Notes: generated from the letters alone by a model not told the origin. A DNA stretch of 64,000 nt from Chloroflexota bacterium (GCA_964291655.2 OZ219802.1:896001-960000), one strand, 5' to 3'; shown: positions 49,783-60,739, numbered from the stretch's first letter. Program-made: numbers and translations.

Positions 49783-51543
49783 TCATCGTTGCATGAGGGA
49801 GCCCTCCCGTTCCAGTTTCCAGCGCTGTGCGCGGGTGAGGAGCTCACGAATGCCGCGCTCTGCCGCCGCTCCTACGGCGCCACTCATTGCTACCAGCTCA
49901 TCCACCTGCCGGTCCGCTTCAAGCCTATTGACGTGGGTAAGCGTGCGGCTGCTTTCTGCGGCCTTATGGATGAAATAGTGGTGATCGGCATACGCAGCCA
50001 CCTGCGGGAGGTGCGTAACGCAAATCACCTGATGATTCTCTACAAGGCTCCACATCTTTTCGCCCAACACGGCCCCACTGCGACCACCGACACCGATCTC
50101 GATTTCATCGAACACGAGCACCGGCGTTTCGTCGGCGTGGGCCAACGCAGACTTGAGAGCAAGCAAGAGGCGGGACGCTTCGCCGCCGGAAGCAATGGTT
50201 GCCAGGAGCTTCAGTGGTTCGCCCTGATTTGGGCTGATGAGAAACTCGACGGTATCGATGCCTGTTGGTCCACACTGCAGCGCCCGGGGGCCTTCTTCGG
50301 TCTCAATGAGGAGTCCTTGCGGCACTTCCTCTTGTGTCACAGCCACGTCGAACACCATGTTCGGCATACCCAACAGCGCTAGTTCACTATGCACGGCCCC
50401 CACCAGCTCACTCACGGCGGACTTCCGTTTCCCCGAGAGTTCGGCGGCGCAACCGGCAAGCTCTTCGGCGAGTTGCCGCTCCTGCTGCGCGAGGTCCGCT
50501 ACGCGGTCTTCACTTGACTGAATGCGCGCCAACTCTGCCGCTGCCTCATCCGCATACCCCAGGACATCTGCGATGGTATCGCCATACTTGCGTTTCAGGC
50601 TTTCAATTATGTCTAGTCGCGCCTCCACCTCCAGCATGCGTCCCGGCTCCTGTTCCAGGCCGGTGGTATAGCGCCGGACGTCTGCGACCAGTTCCTCCAA
50701 TTGGGCCGAGACTTCCTGTCCGGCTTTGAGAAACTGCTCCGCGTCGGGATCGAGTTCGGTCAGGCGCTCGAGGTCATTGACGGCATCACCCAGCCAATCG
50801 CTGGCGGGCCGCGCCGGTTCAGCGGCATCGCTCAACGCACCGAGCACGGCGCCCGTCAAGTCTACTATCTCCGCACTATGTCGCAGTCGCCGGTACTCGG
50901 TGCGCAGCGCTTCCTCTTCACCAGAGGCAAGACCCGCCTCGGATATCTCCTGAACTTGAAAGGCAAGCAAGTCGGCGCGTTGCGCTAACTCTCGTTTGTC
51001 CTGCCGGAGATGCCGCACCTCGGACTGCACCGCTCGCAACATGCGGAAGGATTGTGCCACACGCTGCCGCAGCTCGCCCAAACCGGCGAAGCGGTCCAGG
51101 AAGTCGAGCTGTAGCTTGGAGCGAAGCAGCGAAAGGTTCTCACCCTGACCGTGAATGTCAACAAGCTGGCCTGCCACCTGCTGCAAGACGCCCACAGGTG
51201 TCGCGCGGCCCTGAATGCGGGCGGTTGTACGACCGGAAGCTGCGATTTCCCGCGAGAGGCGCAAACGATTCTTTTCGTCCAGGCTAATGTCGAACTCTTG
51301 CAACACTTCTGCGAGGTCAGGGGGGAGGTTAGGCAGGGCAAAGGCGCCCTCGATCCGGGCGGTACGGGCGCCGCTGCGCACCTCGGCCGCGCCCACTCGG
51401 TTGCCGAGCAGTGCGCCGATGGCATCGATGATGATCGACTTGCCGGCGCCGGTCTCGCCAGTAAGGACATTGAACCCAGCGCCAAACTCGACCCGGACTT
51501 CGTCTATGAGGGCGAAGTTTTGGATTTCCAAGCGCTCCAGCAT
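49783..51543 (-). CDS. recN: DNA repair protein RecN
   Basis: LTGETGAGKS, DIHGQ, ASGGE, FDEI and VICVTHLPQVAA. Confidence 0.97.
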   Translation of the reverse strand: MLERLEIQNFALIDEVRVEFGAGFNVLTGETGAGKSIIIDAIGALLGNRVGAAEVRSGARTARIEGAFALPNLPPDLAEVLQEFDISLDEKNRLRLSREIAASGRTTARIQGRATPVGVLQQVAGQLVDIHGQGENLSLLRSKLQLDFLDRFAGLGELRQRVAQSFRMLRAVQSEVRHLRQDKRELAQRADLLAFQVQEISEAGLASGEEEALRTEYRRLRHSAEIVDLTGAVLGALSDAAEPARPASDWLGDAVNDLERLTELDPDAEQFLKAGQEVSAQLEELVADVRRYTTGLEQEPGRMLEVEARLDIIESLKRKYGDTIADVLGYADEAAAELARIQSSEDRVADLAQQERQLAEELAGCAAELSGKRKSAVSELVGAVHSELALLGMPNMVFDVAVTQEEVPQGLLIETEEGPRALQCGPTGIDTVEFLISPNQGEPLKLLATIASGGEASRLLLALKSALAHADETPVLVFDEIEIGVGGRSGAVLGEKMWSLVENHQVICVTHLPQVAAYADHHYFIHKAAESSRTLTHVNRLEADRQVDELVAMSGAVGAAAERGIRELLTRAQRWKLEREGSLMQR

Positions 51544-51551
51544 GGCGGGCC

Positions 51552-52379
51552 CTAGGAACTTTCGAGGGGAATCCGGAGTTTTTGCACGAGCGTCTCGTAG
51601 AAGTATGTGCGCTCCTGTACGCGGGCGAATTTGCAGGATTGCGATGCGGTGGTCAGGTGCATCATCCCTTCATTGGCCAAGTCGCCGACCGGCAGCCCGT
51701 CAATAGTGACCACTGCTTCGTGTTGGTGGAAGACCTGCAACCGCAAGCGCGCGGACTGGCGCAAGACAAAAGCCGTCGTCGGTCCTCGCAGCACGAACAT
51801 GGGCGTGATGAGCATGTTCCGCACCTCGGGATGCAGTATCGGTCCTCCCGCCACCATAGAATAGGCCGTTGACCCGGTCGCCGTGGAGATCATCAGTCCA
51901 TCCGCAACGTAGTCGGCGAGAAAAGCATCATCAATCCAAACTTTAATATCCAGTACGCCCCGCACGTGCCCTTGGCTGATCACAGCTTCATTGAGCGCTA
52001 CGGTTTTCTGTGCCTCACCCTCGATTTGGCAGTCTAGCATCGAACGCTCTTCTATCCAGTATTCCTCATTCAAGAAGCGCGGCAACATCTGGATTGCCTC
52101 TTTCGGCAGCAACTCCGACAAAAAGCCGAGCCTGCCAAACTTCACGCCAACAATGGGAACATCATTCTGCGCGCAGAGCGGCGCCGCCCGCAAGATGCTC
52201 CCGTCGCCTCCCAATGTAAAGAGAAGATCGGTGGCGGGTACCAATTCATGCCACTCAGATTCCGCTTCCACCGGCACGTGCCACGCCTTATGTCCTTCCT
52301 TCTGAATGACGGTGTGCAGAACGGTAGCAAGCGCATGCGCCTGCTGGCGTCCAGGATGGTAAAGCAATCCAATGTTCAC
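51552..52379 (-). CDS. nadK: NAD(+) kinase
   Basis: GGDGS, GRLGFL, LNE and DGL..TATGSTAY..AGGPI. The GTG start is a choice. Confidence 0.93.
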   Translation of the reverse strand: MNIGLLYHPGRQQAHALATVLHTVIQKEGHKAWHVPVEAESEWHELVPATDLLFTLGGDGSILRAAPLCAQNDVPIVGVKFGRLGFLSELLPKEAIQMLPRFLNEEYWIEERSMLDCQIEGEAQKTVALNEAVISQGHVRGVLDIKVWIDDAFLADYVADGLMISTATGSTAYSMVAGGPILHPEVRNMLITPMFVLRGPTTAFVLRQSARLRLQVFHQHEAVVTIDGLPVGDLANEGMMHLTTASQSCKFARVQERTYFYETLVQKLRIPLESS

Positions 52380-52754
52380 GGCCGTATGCCTATCTCTGAT
52401 GTTTCTCGAGGAGGATTGAACCACTCCGGGTGTCGGCCACTGTGACAGACGCGCCAAAGTGAAACTCAATACTGCCAAGGCTTCAGGACATTACCTGGAG
52501 GTACTCCATCGATTCTGACGCTATATGAAACCCATTGCGGTTCGATTATACCGCAGCCAGCCGCGCGAAGAGTTCGGTGCAACGACCTTGCCCTCAAGCA
52601 AGTCCCGGTCGCAATGACAATAAGAGTGCGGCGGAGAACGCCACACTGGGTACCGCCCACACCGTGCCAAATTCACCCGCTGGCCTCAGGCATGGCTGGC
52701 GGGAGCTAAGAGGGGGAGACGCCGCCACTAGTCATCTGGATACGCGGCAAGGCG

Positions 52755-53912
52755 CTAGGATTGGGACGCCTGTCGCTGTGCGCTGTACATCAAGCCGTGG
52801 GTCAACTGGCGATACATGAGCACAGTCTTTGCGGCGATGCGCTCCTGGGTAAACTCACGTAGTACCCGCTTTCGTCCCTGTACGCCGAATTCGTGCCGCA
52901 GGGCGGGTTCTTGATATAAGGCGGTCAGAGACTTGGTAAGCGCTTCCACGTCGCCCTCCGGGAACGTCACGCCGGATCGCTCGCCAGCGTCGTTGCCGAT
53001 GATTTCAGGGATTTCACCGGACTCCGAGCCGACCACAGGCACACCACATGACATGGCTTCGATGAGTACGCGCCCAAATTGCTCCTTCCAGTTCGGCATA
53101 GTGAGGGAAGGCAATACGCAGACGTGCATTGCTCGGTAGTGGACAGGCATTGCGCTGCTGGAAACGGGGCCGAGGAAGTCTACACGATCTTGAATGCCGA
53201 GAGACTCAGCCTGCGCACGGAGCGCTCGTTCGGCTGAACCGGTGCCAACGAGCTGCACACGGTAAGGAAAACTGAGCCGCGAAGCAGCGCTGAGCAGCAC
53301 GTGAATTCCTTTTTCCGGCACGAGCCGACCTACAAAGCCAATCCTAAAGAACTCATCACGGTTTCCGGGTTGCGGGGCCGGGGTAAAGAGCTCTGCATCC
53401 ACCCCAAACTGCGGGAAAACCGCCGAGGGGAATGAATAGCGCTTGCGCCGCAGCACTTCCTGAGCCTGGCGGGTGCCTGCCTGCGCTGCGTGTGACTTAA
53501 GCAGGGAAAAGAGCTCGAAAAAGTAGAATGGCGGGGGGTAAACGCGGTAGATGTTCTGCCACGCAAAAAAGATCGCTTTGGCGCCGACTCGCCGCGCGTG
53601 CCAGATGGCGTGCGCAGTAGCAAAATTATACGGTTCCTCATCCACGTGCACCACGTCGGGTCGCCAATCGAGAAGATGACGCCGGAGGTTTGGATAGTAG
53701 TGCGCGTGATAGTGTCCGTTGAAGCGCATATGCTCCGCTACCAACTCGTACCCGGACGTGTAGCGGCGTTCCAATACCTGGCGATGTTCACCTTCGCGCC
53801 AAAAGGGGGGCACGATTGCCCGCAACTCAACATCCGGGAACTTGGCGATCTCTTCCATCTTGCGCTGGTACGTGCCCACCACGAGGGCTTTAGAAATGTA
53901 GAGAACTCGCAT
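52755..53912 (-). CDS. GT4 glycosyltransferase
   Basis: GRLVPEKG and EQFGRVLIEAMSCG. Confidence 0.93.
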   Translation of the reverse strand: MRVLYISKALVVGTYQRKMEEIAKFPDVELRAIVPPFWREGEHRQVLERRYTSGYELVAEHMRFNGHYHAHYYPNLRRHLLDWRPDVVHVDEEPYNFATAHAIWHARRVGAKAIFFAWQNIYRVYPPPFYFFELFSLLKSHAAQAGTRQAQEVLRRKRYSFPSAVFPQFGVDAELFTPAPQPGNRDEFFRIGFVGRLVPEKGIHVLLSAASRLSFPYRVQLVGTGSAERALRAQAESLGIQDRVDFLGPVSSSAMPVHYRAMHVCVLPSLTMPNWKEQFGRVLIEAMSCGVPVVGSESGEIPEIIGNDAGERSGVTFPEGDVEALTKSLTALYQEPALRHEFGVQGRKRVLREFTQERIAAKTVLMYRQLTHGLMYSAQRQASQS

Positions 53913-55042
53913 CAGCTCACCTGCTCATACACCGCAATCGTCTGTGCGGCGGTGCGTTCCCACGAGAACGACCGCGCCCGCGTCAAGGCCCGCTCTGCAT
54001 AGTGCGCCCGCTCCTGAGCGGATTCCCAGAGCAGTCCAATCGCCGCCGCCCAGGCGTCTGCGTCATCAGGTGCGACGAGAATGCCACCGTCTGCCACAAC
54101 CTCAGGGAGCGACGTGGTATCGCTGCACACGACCGGCGTGCCGCAGGCCATGGCTTCCAAGGGATCCAAGCCAAAGCCTTCGTACCGTGAAGGAAAAGTG
54201 AAAACTGTCGCGGCACGGTACAAGAGTGGTTTGTCCGCTTCGGGAACGCCGCCCAGGAAGCGCACGCGATGCCCAACATCGGATTCAGTCGCTTGGCGCA
54301 CCCAATCGGGAAACAGGGCCGCCTTGCCGTGTCGGGTACGACCCGCAACCACAAGCGAGACGTCTTCCGGCAGCTTGGTCAGCGCCGCGAAGAGTGTTCC
54401 AATGTTCTTGCGCACGTCCACCCCGCCGAGGTAGAAGAGAAAGCGCTCCGGCAGATCGTAGCGTCGCCGGACGGCCTGGACATCCTCGACCGGTATGTCT
54501 GGCGAGAAACGTGAGTCCGCGGCCAGATGGACAACATGCACGTCGTCTTCGCTCACATTGAGGTGCTCGACCATTTCGCGCTTCGCAGCTTCAGAGTCCG
54601 CAATTATGGCATCTGCCTTGTGCGCCGCTGCCATGACGAGACTCGTATAGAGCCTCACGAGGAAGTTACCTCGATACTCCGGCAAGACAACTGGAATCAG
54701 ATCGTGAATAGTAACCACCAGCGGAAAGCTGTGGTAGTGCGGCGGCGCGAAATACGGCACGTGGCCCACCACACCATCACCCAGTTTTGCCGTCTGTCGC
54801 GGCCACGTTACCTGCTCCCACCAGAGCTTTGCCAGGTTCCCGCTGCGTAGGAGACCAGCCAGTGGCGCATGTGCACGAATGCCGCCTACCGGACGCATCG
54901 TATCACGCGAGAAGTAGGGCACTTGCACCGTCAAGCGATGGTTGCCGTTGCGCTTCTGTAGAGCCCGCAGCAGATGGTATGCATACTGACCGCTGCCGGT
55001 ATGGTGCACATTGAGGAAAAACCCATTTACGGCGACTTCCAT
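53912..55042 (-). CDS. GT4 glycosyltransferase (mannosyltransferase-like)
   Basis: TIHDL, RKN and EGFGLDPLEAMACG. Confidence 0.93.
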   Translation of the reverse strand: MEVAVNGFFLNVHHTGSGQYAYHLLRALQKRNGNHRLTVQVPYFSRDTMRPVGGIRAHAPLAGLLRSGNLAKLWWEQVTWPRQTAKLGDGVVGHVPYFAPPHYHSFPLVVTIHDLIPVVLPEYRGNFLVRLYTSLVMAAAHKADAIIADSEAAKREMVEHLNVSEDDVHVVHLAADSRFSPDIPVEDVQAVRRRYDLPERFLFYLGGVDVRKNIGTLFAALTKLPEDVSLVVAGRTRHGKAALFPDWVRQATESDVGHRVRFLGGVPEADKPLLYRAATVFTFPSRYEGFGLDPLEAMACGTPVVCSDTTSLPEVVADGGILVAPDDADAWAAAIGLLWESAQERAHYAERALTRARSFSWERTAAQTIAVYEQVS

Positions 55043-55053
55043 AGGTGCAATGG

Positions 55054-56841
55054 CTATTTCTCTAGTGCACGCAGCGCCAGGTACGCTGGGCGCGGTTGTA
55101 GGTTCTTATCCAAGATGGAGAATGAATACGCACTGTCTCTCGGCACGACGTGATTGGCAAAGTTCAGGTTAGAGACCACCAATCCCTCTACGTACCAAAA
55201 CCGTTCCTTGATAAGCTGATACGCCTCAACGAGAAACCGTGCTTGATCCTGTTCAGACACATCGGCTCCAAAGCCAAAGTCGGGGTGTAAGTTGTGCGTG
55301 GTCCATCCCATCTCCGTCATCCAAATCCGCTTGCTCGAGTCATCATACCTCTGCAGCACGTCCCAGTGTTGTTCAAAGCGGCGGAAGAAGAATGACCAGT
55401 GGTCCTTGTACGTGGTGCTCGAGGTCGTGTAATTGTCCGGAGTATCGTTAGGGGCATTATTATAGCCATAGGAGTGCACGCCAAGTACATCGAAGTAATC
55501 GCGAATCATCCCATCGCGATACTGGTACATGGCTTCGAGGTAGCGCACGTCATCCATAGCGACTCCCTCGAGGTTCACGCCGGTGGGCGCCAGGCCGCCG
55601 GCAATTACCGTGGCACTTGGATTTCCACGCTTTACACCGCGATAGCCCACAGCGATTAGCTCCACAAACTCTCCCGGTGACACACTGGCATCCCAGTTAG
55701 AGGCCAGGTTCGGTTCATTCCACAGTTCATAGGCTTGCACTTTGTCACCGTAGCGACTGGCTATCAGCTCCATGAATTGCCCGTAGTCTGCGAAGTTCGC
55801 TGGCGGACCCTCGTGGAAATCCTTGAAGCGGTCCCACCACTCTTGAAGTGACTCTGTGCGGTCGGACTCCGGCACATCAACCCGGCTGCCGCGGGCTTGC
55901 ACCCGGCGCAACCACGCCGGCGCCGCGTACACGCTTAGCAATACGTCCAACCCGTGCCGATTTGCCGCCTCGACGATGCGGTCCACCTGGTCCCAGGTGT
56001 ACCCCCCGGGAGCGATCTCAATTGCATTCCATCGTACCTGCTGCTTAATGCCGGTAAACCCGGCAGCCTTTGCTAATGCGAGTACGCGATTGATGTTCGG
56101 GTCATAGAAGAGCCCCACCTGTGCAAATAGCTTTGGCCCATCGGATCGGCCGGCTTGGTCGCTTTGAATGGGCGTTTGCCGAGATGGATCGCGTAGGGCG
56201 AGAAACTCGCGTCCAAGCGGGGCAAGCTTAACTTCCTCGGGAGTACCGGCTTTCGCGGGATCGTAACGAAAGACCGCCCGCTCAAAGTATTGAACCGGAT
56301 GACGCCAGTCGTCGTCTGCAGGCAACAAACCGGAGATTGGCAGTCCAAACGTCTTGACTCCGCCGTACGCTTGGAAGAACTGAAGAAACGCAAAGCGCAC
56401 CGTGTGCCCGGTCTCCGGAAAGTGACGCTGCGCCGACGTCTGCTCTACCGCTTCCTCTCTGGCAAAGAATCGCCAGTGCGGATAGAGCAAACGGCCGATG
56501 GGACTGAGACGCACCTGGTCGCGCCCGGACCACCACTCCAACCGCGCGTTTTCGAAATACTGAACGACAAGGCCGTCTTCTTGCTGCTCATTCGTCAGCG
56601 GGGCCCCGAGCACGGCTTGGCCCCCCATTTGCTCAAAGTAGCGGAGCATAGCGCCATGCACGACAGGGTCATTGGCAGCGGTGCGACTCGCCTCCGTACT
56701 CGCGATGAGTGGTGCGGGAAAGAGCGTGAGACACCAAATAACGAGCAGCAATCGAACCTGCCACCGTCGTAGTTCACCGCTACCCATTGTGCTCAATCTC
56801 TTCCCTCTAGATGCACTAATTGGTAGTTTTGTCTCTTGCAC
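55054..56841 (-). CDS. Exported clan-A glycoside hydrolase (GH5/GH39, PslG-like) with Chloroflexi cell-surface repeats
   Basis: WNEPN acid/base, WMTEMGW nucleophile, HSY; N-terminal FPETGH..FG.PIS..QYFERA repeats. Start uncertain. Confidence 0.82.
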   Translation of the reverse strand: MQETKLPISASRGKRLSTMGSGELRRWQVRLLLVIWCLTLFPAPLIASTEASRTAANDPVVHGAMLRYFEQMGGQAVLGAPLTNEQQEDGLVVQYFENARLEWWSGRDQVRLSPIGRLLYPHWRFFAREEAVEQTSAQRHFPETGHTVRFAFLQFFQAYGGVKTFGLPISGLLPADDDWRHPVQYFERAVFRYDPAKAGTPEEVKLAPLGREFLALRDPSRQTPIQSDQAGRSDGPKLFAQVGLFYDPNINRVLALAKAAGFTGIKQQVRWNAIEIAPGGYTWDQVDRIVEAANRHGLDVLLSVYAAPAWLRRVQARGSRVDVPESDRTESLQEWWDRFKDFHEGPPANFADYGQFMELIASRYGDKVQAYELWNEPNLASNWDASVSPGEFVELIAVGYRGVKRGNPSATVIAGGLAPTGVNLEGVAMDDVRYLEAMYQYRDGMIRDYFDVLGVHSYGYNNAPNDTPDNYTTSSTTYKDHWSFFFRRFEQHWDVLQRYDDSSKRIWMTEMGWTTHNLHPDFGFGADVSEQDQARFLVEAYQLIKERFWYVEGLVVSNLNFANHVVPRDSAYSFSILDKNLQPRPAYLALRALEK

Positions 56842-57079
56842 AAGCGCTATTCAGGCTGGATCTTTCGCCGCGATGGGATTCTGCGAATGCAGACGAGGTA
56901 ATCACAGGAAAATCACGCGGGCTGAACATGGGGAGATCGCGAAATAGCATTCACACTGCCACATTATAGCAGATTCGCGTACTCCTCTTTACCTTCCACC
57001 TCAAGTTTCACTGTATTATCCTCTTCACTTTACATTGACCACGATTAGGCTCAAGAGTCTTCCGGTTTCTTGCCAAGGG

Positions 57080-58213
57080 CTAGCTCTTGGCAACACTCGC
57101 CAAATGTGTGCGCAGCTCTTGCGCCGCTCGCTCCCAAGTGAAGCGAGCGGCGCGCTTCTTTCCTCCAGCAATAAGCTGTTCGCGTGTGCTCTCGCATGAA
57201 GCGAGGCGCACCAGCGCCTCGCCAATTGCATTCACGTCCGATGGTTCTACGAGGATTGCCGCATCGCCTGCAACCTCCGGCAGGGATGAAATGTTACCGG
57301 TTATCACCGGCGTCCCGCAGGCCATGGCCTCGAGCACCGGTATGCCAAATCCCTCGTAGAGGCTTGGAAAGACGAACGCACCCGCCCCGCAATACAGTGT
57401 CGCGAGGTCTTCGTCAGAATCTACTCCGGTCAGGAAGTGTACGCGGTCGGAGACGCGGTGTTCACGCGGCGCATTGAAGATATCCTCATGGAGCCACCCC
57501 GGACGTCCCACGTGCACCAGATGATGCGGAAGACCGGACTCGACGACTCCTTGCATAGCCGCTATCGTGCGCGCAATGTTCTTGCGTGGTTGAATCGTCC
57601 CCACCGAAAGGAAGTACGGATGCTCAATGCCGTAGCGTTGGCGTACGGCCTGACGCGCAGCCTGCGAATCTTGAGGACGAAAGACCGGGTCGACGCCACA
57701 ATAAAGCACGCTGACTTTCGCCGGATCAACCTGATATGCCGCGACCAGGTCCTGCTGCGTCGCCGCTGAATCAACTAAGACCAGTTCTGCCCTGGCTACG
57801 CTGTGCGGCACAACGGTTTCCAAGTATGTGCGCAGGGAATCCGGATATGAATCTGGAAAAAGGCGGTACGAAAGATCGTGTACGGTGATGACGCCCGGAG
57901 CGCGCCACAGGGGTGGCAGGGTAAAGTCCGGCGCGTAAAAGACATCCGCCCCACCAACGAGGAGATCGGCGAACAACGGTAGCCGCAACCTATGCCAGAT
58001 ACGTGCCAATATACGCTCTGATACGGGAAGTTCTCTGCGCGTTACGTTAGGAAAGCGGAGGAGCTCTTGCAGCGTTTGTGGGGGTTGACGCGGTGTCAAG
58101 AGCGTGAATTGATCGGAGGGGAACTGAGCGCCGAGCGCCCCGACAAGCGAGCGCGTATACCGACCAATGCCGGCCGGTTGCGCCGCTGACGTAAAGTCGA
58201 TGCCTACTTTCAT
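57080..58213 (-). CDS. GT4 glycosyltransferase (mannosyltransferase-like)
   Basis: GIGRY, TVHDL, PRKN and EGFGIPVLEAMACG. Confidence 0.93.
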   Translation of the reverse strand: MKVGIDFTSAAQPAGIGRYTRSLVGALGAQFPSDQFTLLTPRQPPQTLQELLRFPNVTRRELPVSERILARIWHRLRLPLFADLLVGGADVFYAPDFTLPPLWRAPGVITVHDLSYRLFPDSYPDSLRTYLETVVPHSVARAELVLVDSAATQQDLVAAYQVDPAKVSVLYCGVDPVFRPQDSQAARQAVRQRYGIEHPYFLSVGTIQPRKNIARTIAAMQGVVESGLPHHLVHVGRPGWLHEDIFNAPREHRVSDRVHFLTGVDSDEDLATLYCGAGAFVFPSLYEGFGIPVLEAMACGTPVITGNISSLPEVAGDAAILVEPSDVNAIGEALVRLASCESTREQLIAGGKKRAARFTWERAAQELRTHLASVAKS

Positions 58214-58368
58214 TGCGACCAGAGAGCCACGCTACTAATTTCCACCCAATTTCAGATTCCTAGACACTTAAGCACGTCCAAGCGTCATGTCATGCGTAAT
58301 CACTGTGCTCTTGCCCGCGCCTCAATCCGGCTGTGCATATCTGGAATGCGCACTCATTGCAACCGGGG

Positions 58369-59298
58369 CTAGAGTCTCAGACGGGCGTGGGTAAAATAGT
58401 AGCCTGCACCCGGTATGAGCACCAGCCAGTAACTGATGAGCCGATCGAGGAATGCCACCGCCGCCGCCAGGTCAACCGGTACGTCGAGCAGCAGCATGAC
58501 TCCCACCATTCCCCCTTCTACCACGCCGAGACCGCCGGGTGTGGGAGCCGCAAGCAACAACGCACCGGCCGCAAAGACAAAGAGCAATTGCGGCAATGTC
58601 AGGGACACACCCAATGCGTTTGCCACCAGCAGGAAGCGCCCTGCTTCCGCAGCCCACGCCAATCCTGTCAACAGGGCGACGAGCCACAATGGCTGGACAG
58701 ACTTAAAAACACCGCGCTGAAGCCGCTCAAATCGTTGTCCCAAACTGAGAGGGAAACGCTCCAACATCGTACTGTCCAAGCGCCAAAAGACAAACAAGCC
58801 GCCCGCCATAATCACAATCAAGATGCTTGCAGCCAGCAGCACTCCCCGCATCTCGGTGAGCAATTCGCCACGTACAAAGACGAGTGCGGTGCCAATTGCG
58901 ATCACAAGAAGCGCAAGAATGTCAACGACACGCTCCGCAATCACACTGCCGGTGGCGAGAGAAAAGGAGATCTTCTCCCTGCGGCGCAAGACAAGCCCGC
59001 GATACAAGTCCCCCATCTTAGCGGGAATGAGGTGGTTGATAAACCAGGAGAGGAAGATTACTTCACCCAGCAAGCGCAGTGGAAACCGATGGCCGAGATT
59101 GTGCAGCATGCGCCGCCAGCGCAGCGCCCGGGGCACGAGCGTGGTGTAATACACCAGCAGCGCGAGCACATAGAGCCGCACGTCAACTTGCCGTATTTCC
59201 GACCAGACCCCACGCCAATCCAGGCCAACCACTCGCCATAGCGCGAACAAGAGCGCCACGGCAATGAAAAAGGAGAAAAGAGTCCGTGGACTCAACAA
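58369..59298 (-). CDS. Lysylphosphatidylglycerol-synthase TM / flippase-like membrane protein (UPF0104)
   Basis: RALRW, N...PAKMGD, ERVVD, TPGGLGVVE and DRLISYW. Confidence 0.88.
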   Translation of the reverse strand: MLSPRTLFSFFIAVALLFALWRVVGLDWRGVWSEIRQVDVRLYVLALLVYYTTLVPRALRWRRMLHNLGHRFPLRLLGEVIFLSWFINHLIPAKMGDLYRGLVLRRREKISFSLATGSVIAERVVDILALLVIAIGTALVFVRGELLTEMRGVLLAASILIVIMAGGLFVFWRLDSTMLERFPLSLGQRFERLQRGVFKSVQPLWLVALLTGLAWAAEAGRFLLVANALGVSLTLPQLLFVFAAGALLLAAPTPGGLGVVEGGMVGVMLLLDVPVDLAAAVAFLDRLISYWLVLIPGAGYYFTHARLRL

Positions 59299-59701
59299 CC
59301 GCCGCCAGAAAGTGGTAGCTGTGCCTGCTGCTACGTCGTTCGGTTCAGCCGGGGAGGCATTTGCGGGGTCGATGATGATGTCTCTCGTCTCGTGCGATGT
59401 TCTACCTCACTATCATACCGAATAGGTCTCACGCTCCGCGAACCGCGCTGTTGCCTGCGGAATTGACTAACCTTGGAACTCACGACCACACTGGGCGATC
59501 GCTCGCGCGGCTGCGAAACTCACGCTTCACCCTGCATTCGGTTCATGGTGAAACCGTTCGCGCGGAGCAGATTTCGCATGACCGTGCTGCTGACGACAGC
59601 CTAGGATGCCTGGCAGTTGTCCGAGAACACGGTTACACTACAGAATGAAATCGACTGTCATCTGATTCATCCCAAGACTTCATTGCAAGGAGCGCAACAC
59701 G

Positions 59702-60739
59702 ATGGAGCTTTTGCAGCGGCTATGCGAGACACCGGGCATTCCCAGCCGAGAAGAGCCAATTCGCAGTGTCATCCGCGCTGAACTGGAACCGCTGGCGACC
59801 ACAGTCAAAGTTGACGCCTTGGGCAATTTGATCGCCTATCGCCAGGGACAGGGCGGCCCCAAAGTCATGATCGCCGCACATATGGACCAGATCGGGTTCA
59901 TGGCGCGGCATGTAGACGACAACGGCTTCATTCGGCTGCAGCCCGTAGGCGGCTTTGACCCCCGTACCCTGGTAGCCCAACGGGTACGCGTGCACGGCAA
60001 GGAAGACTTGCCCGGCGTGCTTATGCCCGCGACCAAGCCTACGCATCTCCTGGACGAATCCGAACGGGGCAAGGCGCTGCAGCTCGACGACCTGTTCGTT
60101 GACGTTGGCCTATCGGGCGAGCGAGCGAAAGAGCTTGTCCCTCTCGGCGCGCCCATCACATTCGACCGCACGTGCAATGATCTTGGCGACGTGATGGTGT
60201 CCCCTGCGATGGACGACAGGGTCAGCGTCTACGTCATGATCGAGGCTATCCGCGGTTTGGGCGAGCATGCGGCTGAGGTATACGCCGTCGCATCTTCGCA
60301 AGAAGAGGTCGGATTACGCGGTGCGACGGTCGCGGCCTTTGGCGTGGAACCCGATATCGGACTAGCGCTCGACTCGACGTTGGCAGTGGACATTCCCGGA
60401 AGCACCGAAACGGATCGCATATCGAAACTTGGCGACGGCACCGCCATCAAAATCATGGACTCGTCGCTAATTTGCGATCCGCGCTTGGTGGAACACTGCC
60501 GCAAGATCTGCAGTGAAGAGGACATTCCCCACCAGATGGAGATTCTGCCGCGCGGCGGGACGGATGGCGGCGCCATTCAACGGACACGCGACGGCGTGCC
60601 CGCGATCACGATCTCTACGCCTACCCGCTACGTCCACACGGTCAATGAGATGGTGAACAAACAAGACGTAGCCGCCACAGTAGATCTGGTGCGGCGCTTC
60701 ATCGAGACCGCTCACGAAATCGACCTCAACTGGGAGTGA
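59702..60739 (+). CDS. M42 family metallopeptidase
   Basis: AAHMD, MDDR, QEEVGLRGA, GGTD and RYVH. Confidence 0.93.
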   Translation: MELLQRLCETPGIPSREEPIRSVIRAELEPLATTVKVDALGNLIAYRQGQGGPKVMIAAHMDQIGFMARHVDDNGFIRLQPVGGFDPRTLVAQRVRVHGKEDLPGVLMPATKPTHLLDESERGKALQLDDLFVDVGLSGERAKELVPLGAPITFDRTCNDLGDVMVSPAMDDRVSVYVMIEAIRGLGEHAAEVYAVASSQEEVGLRGATVAAFGVEPDIGLALDSTLAVDIPGSTETDRISKLGDGTAIKIMDSSLICDPRLVEHCRKICSEEDIPHQMEILPRGGTDGGAIQRTRDGVPAITISTPTRYVHTVNEMVNKQDVAATVDLVRRFIETAHEIDLNWE

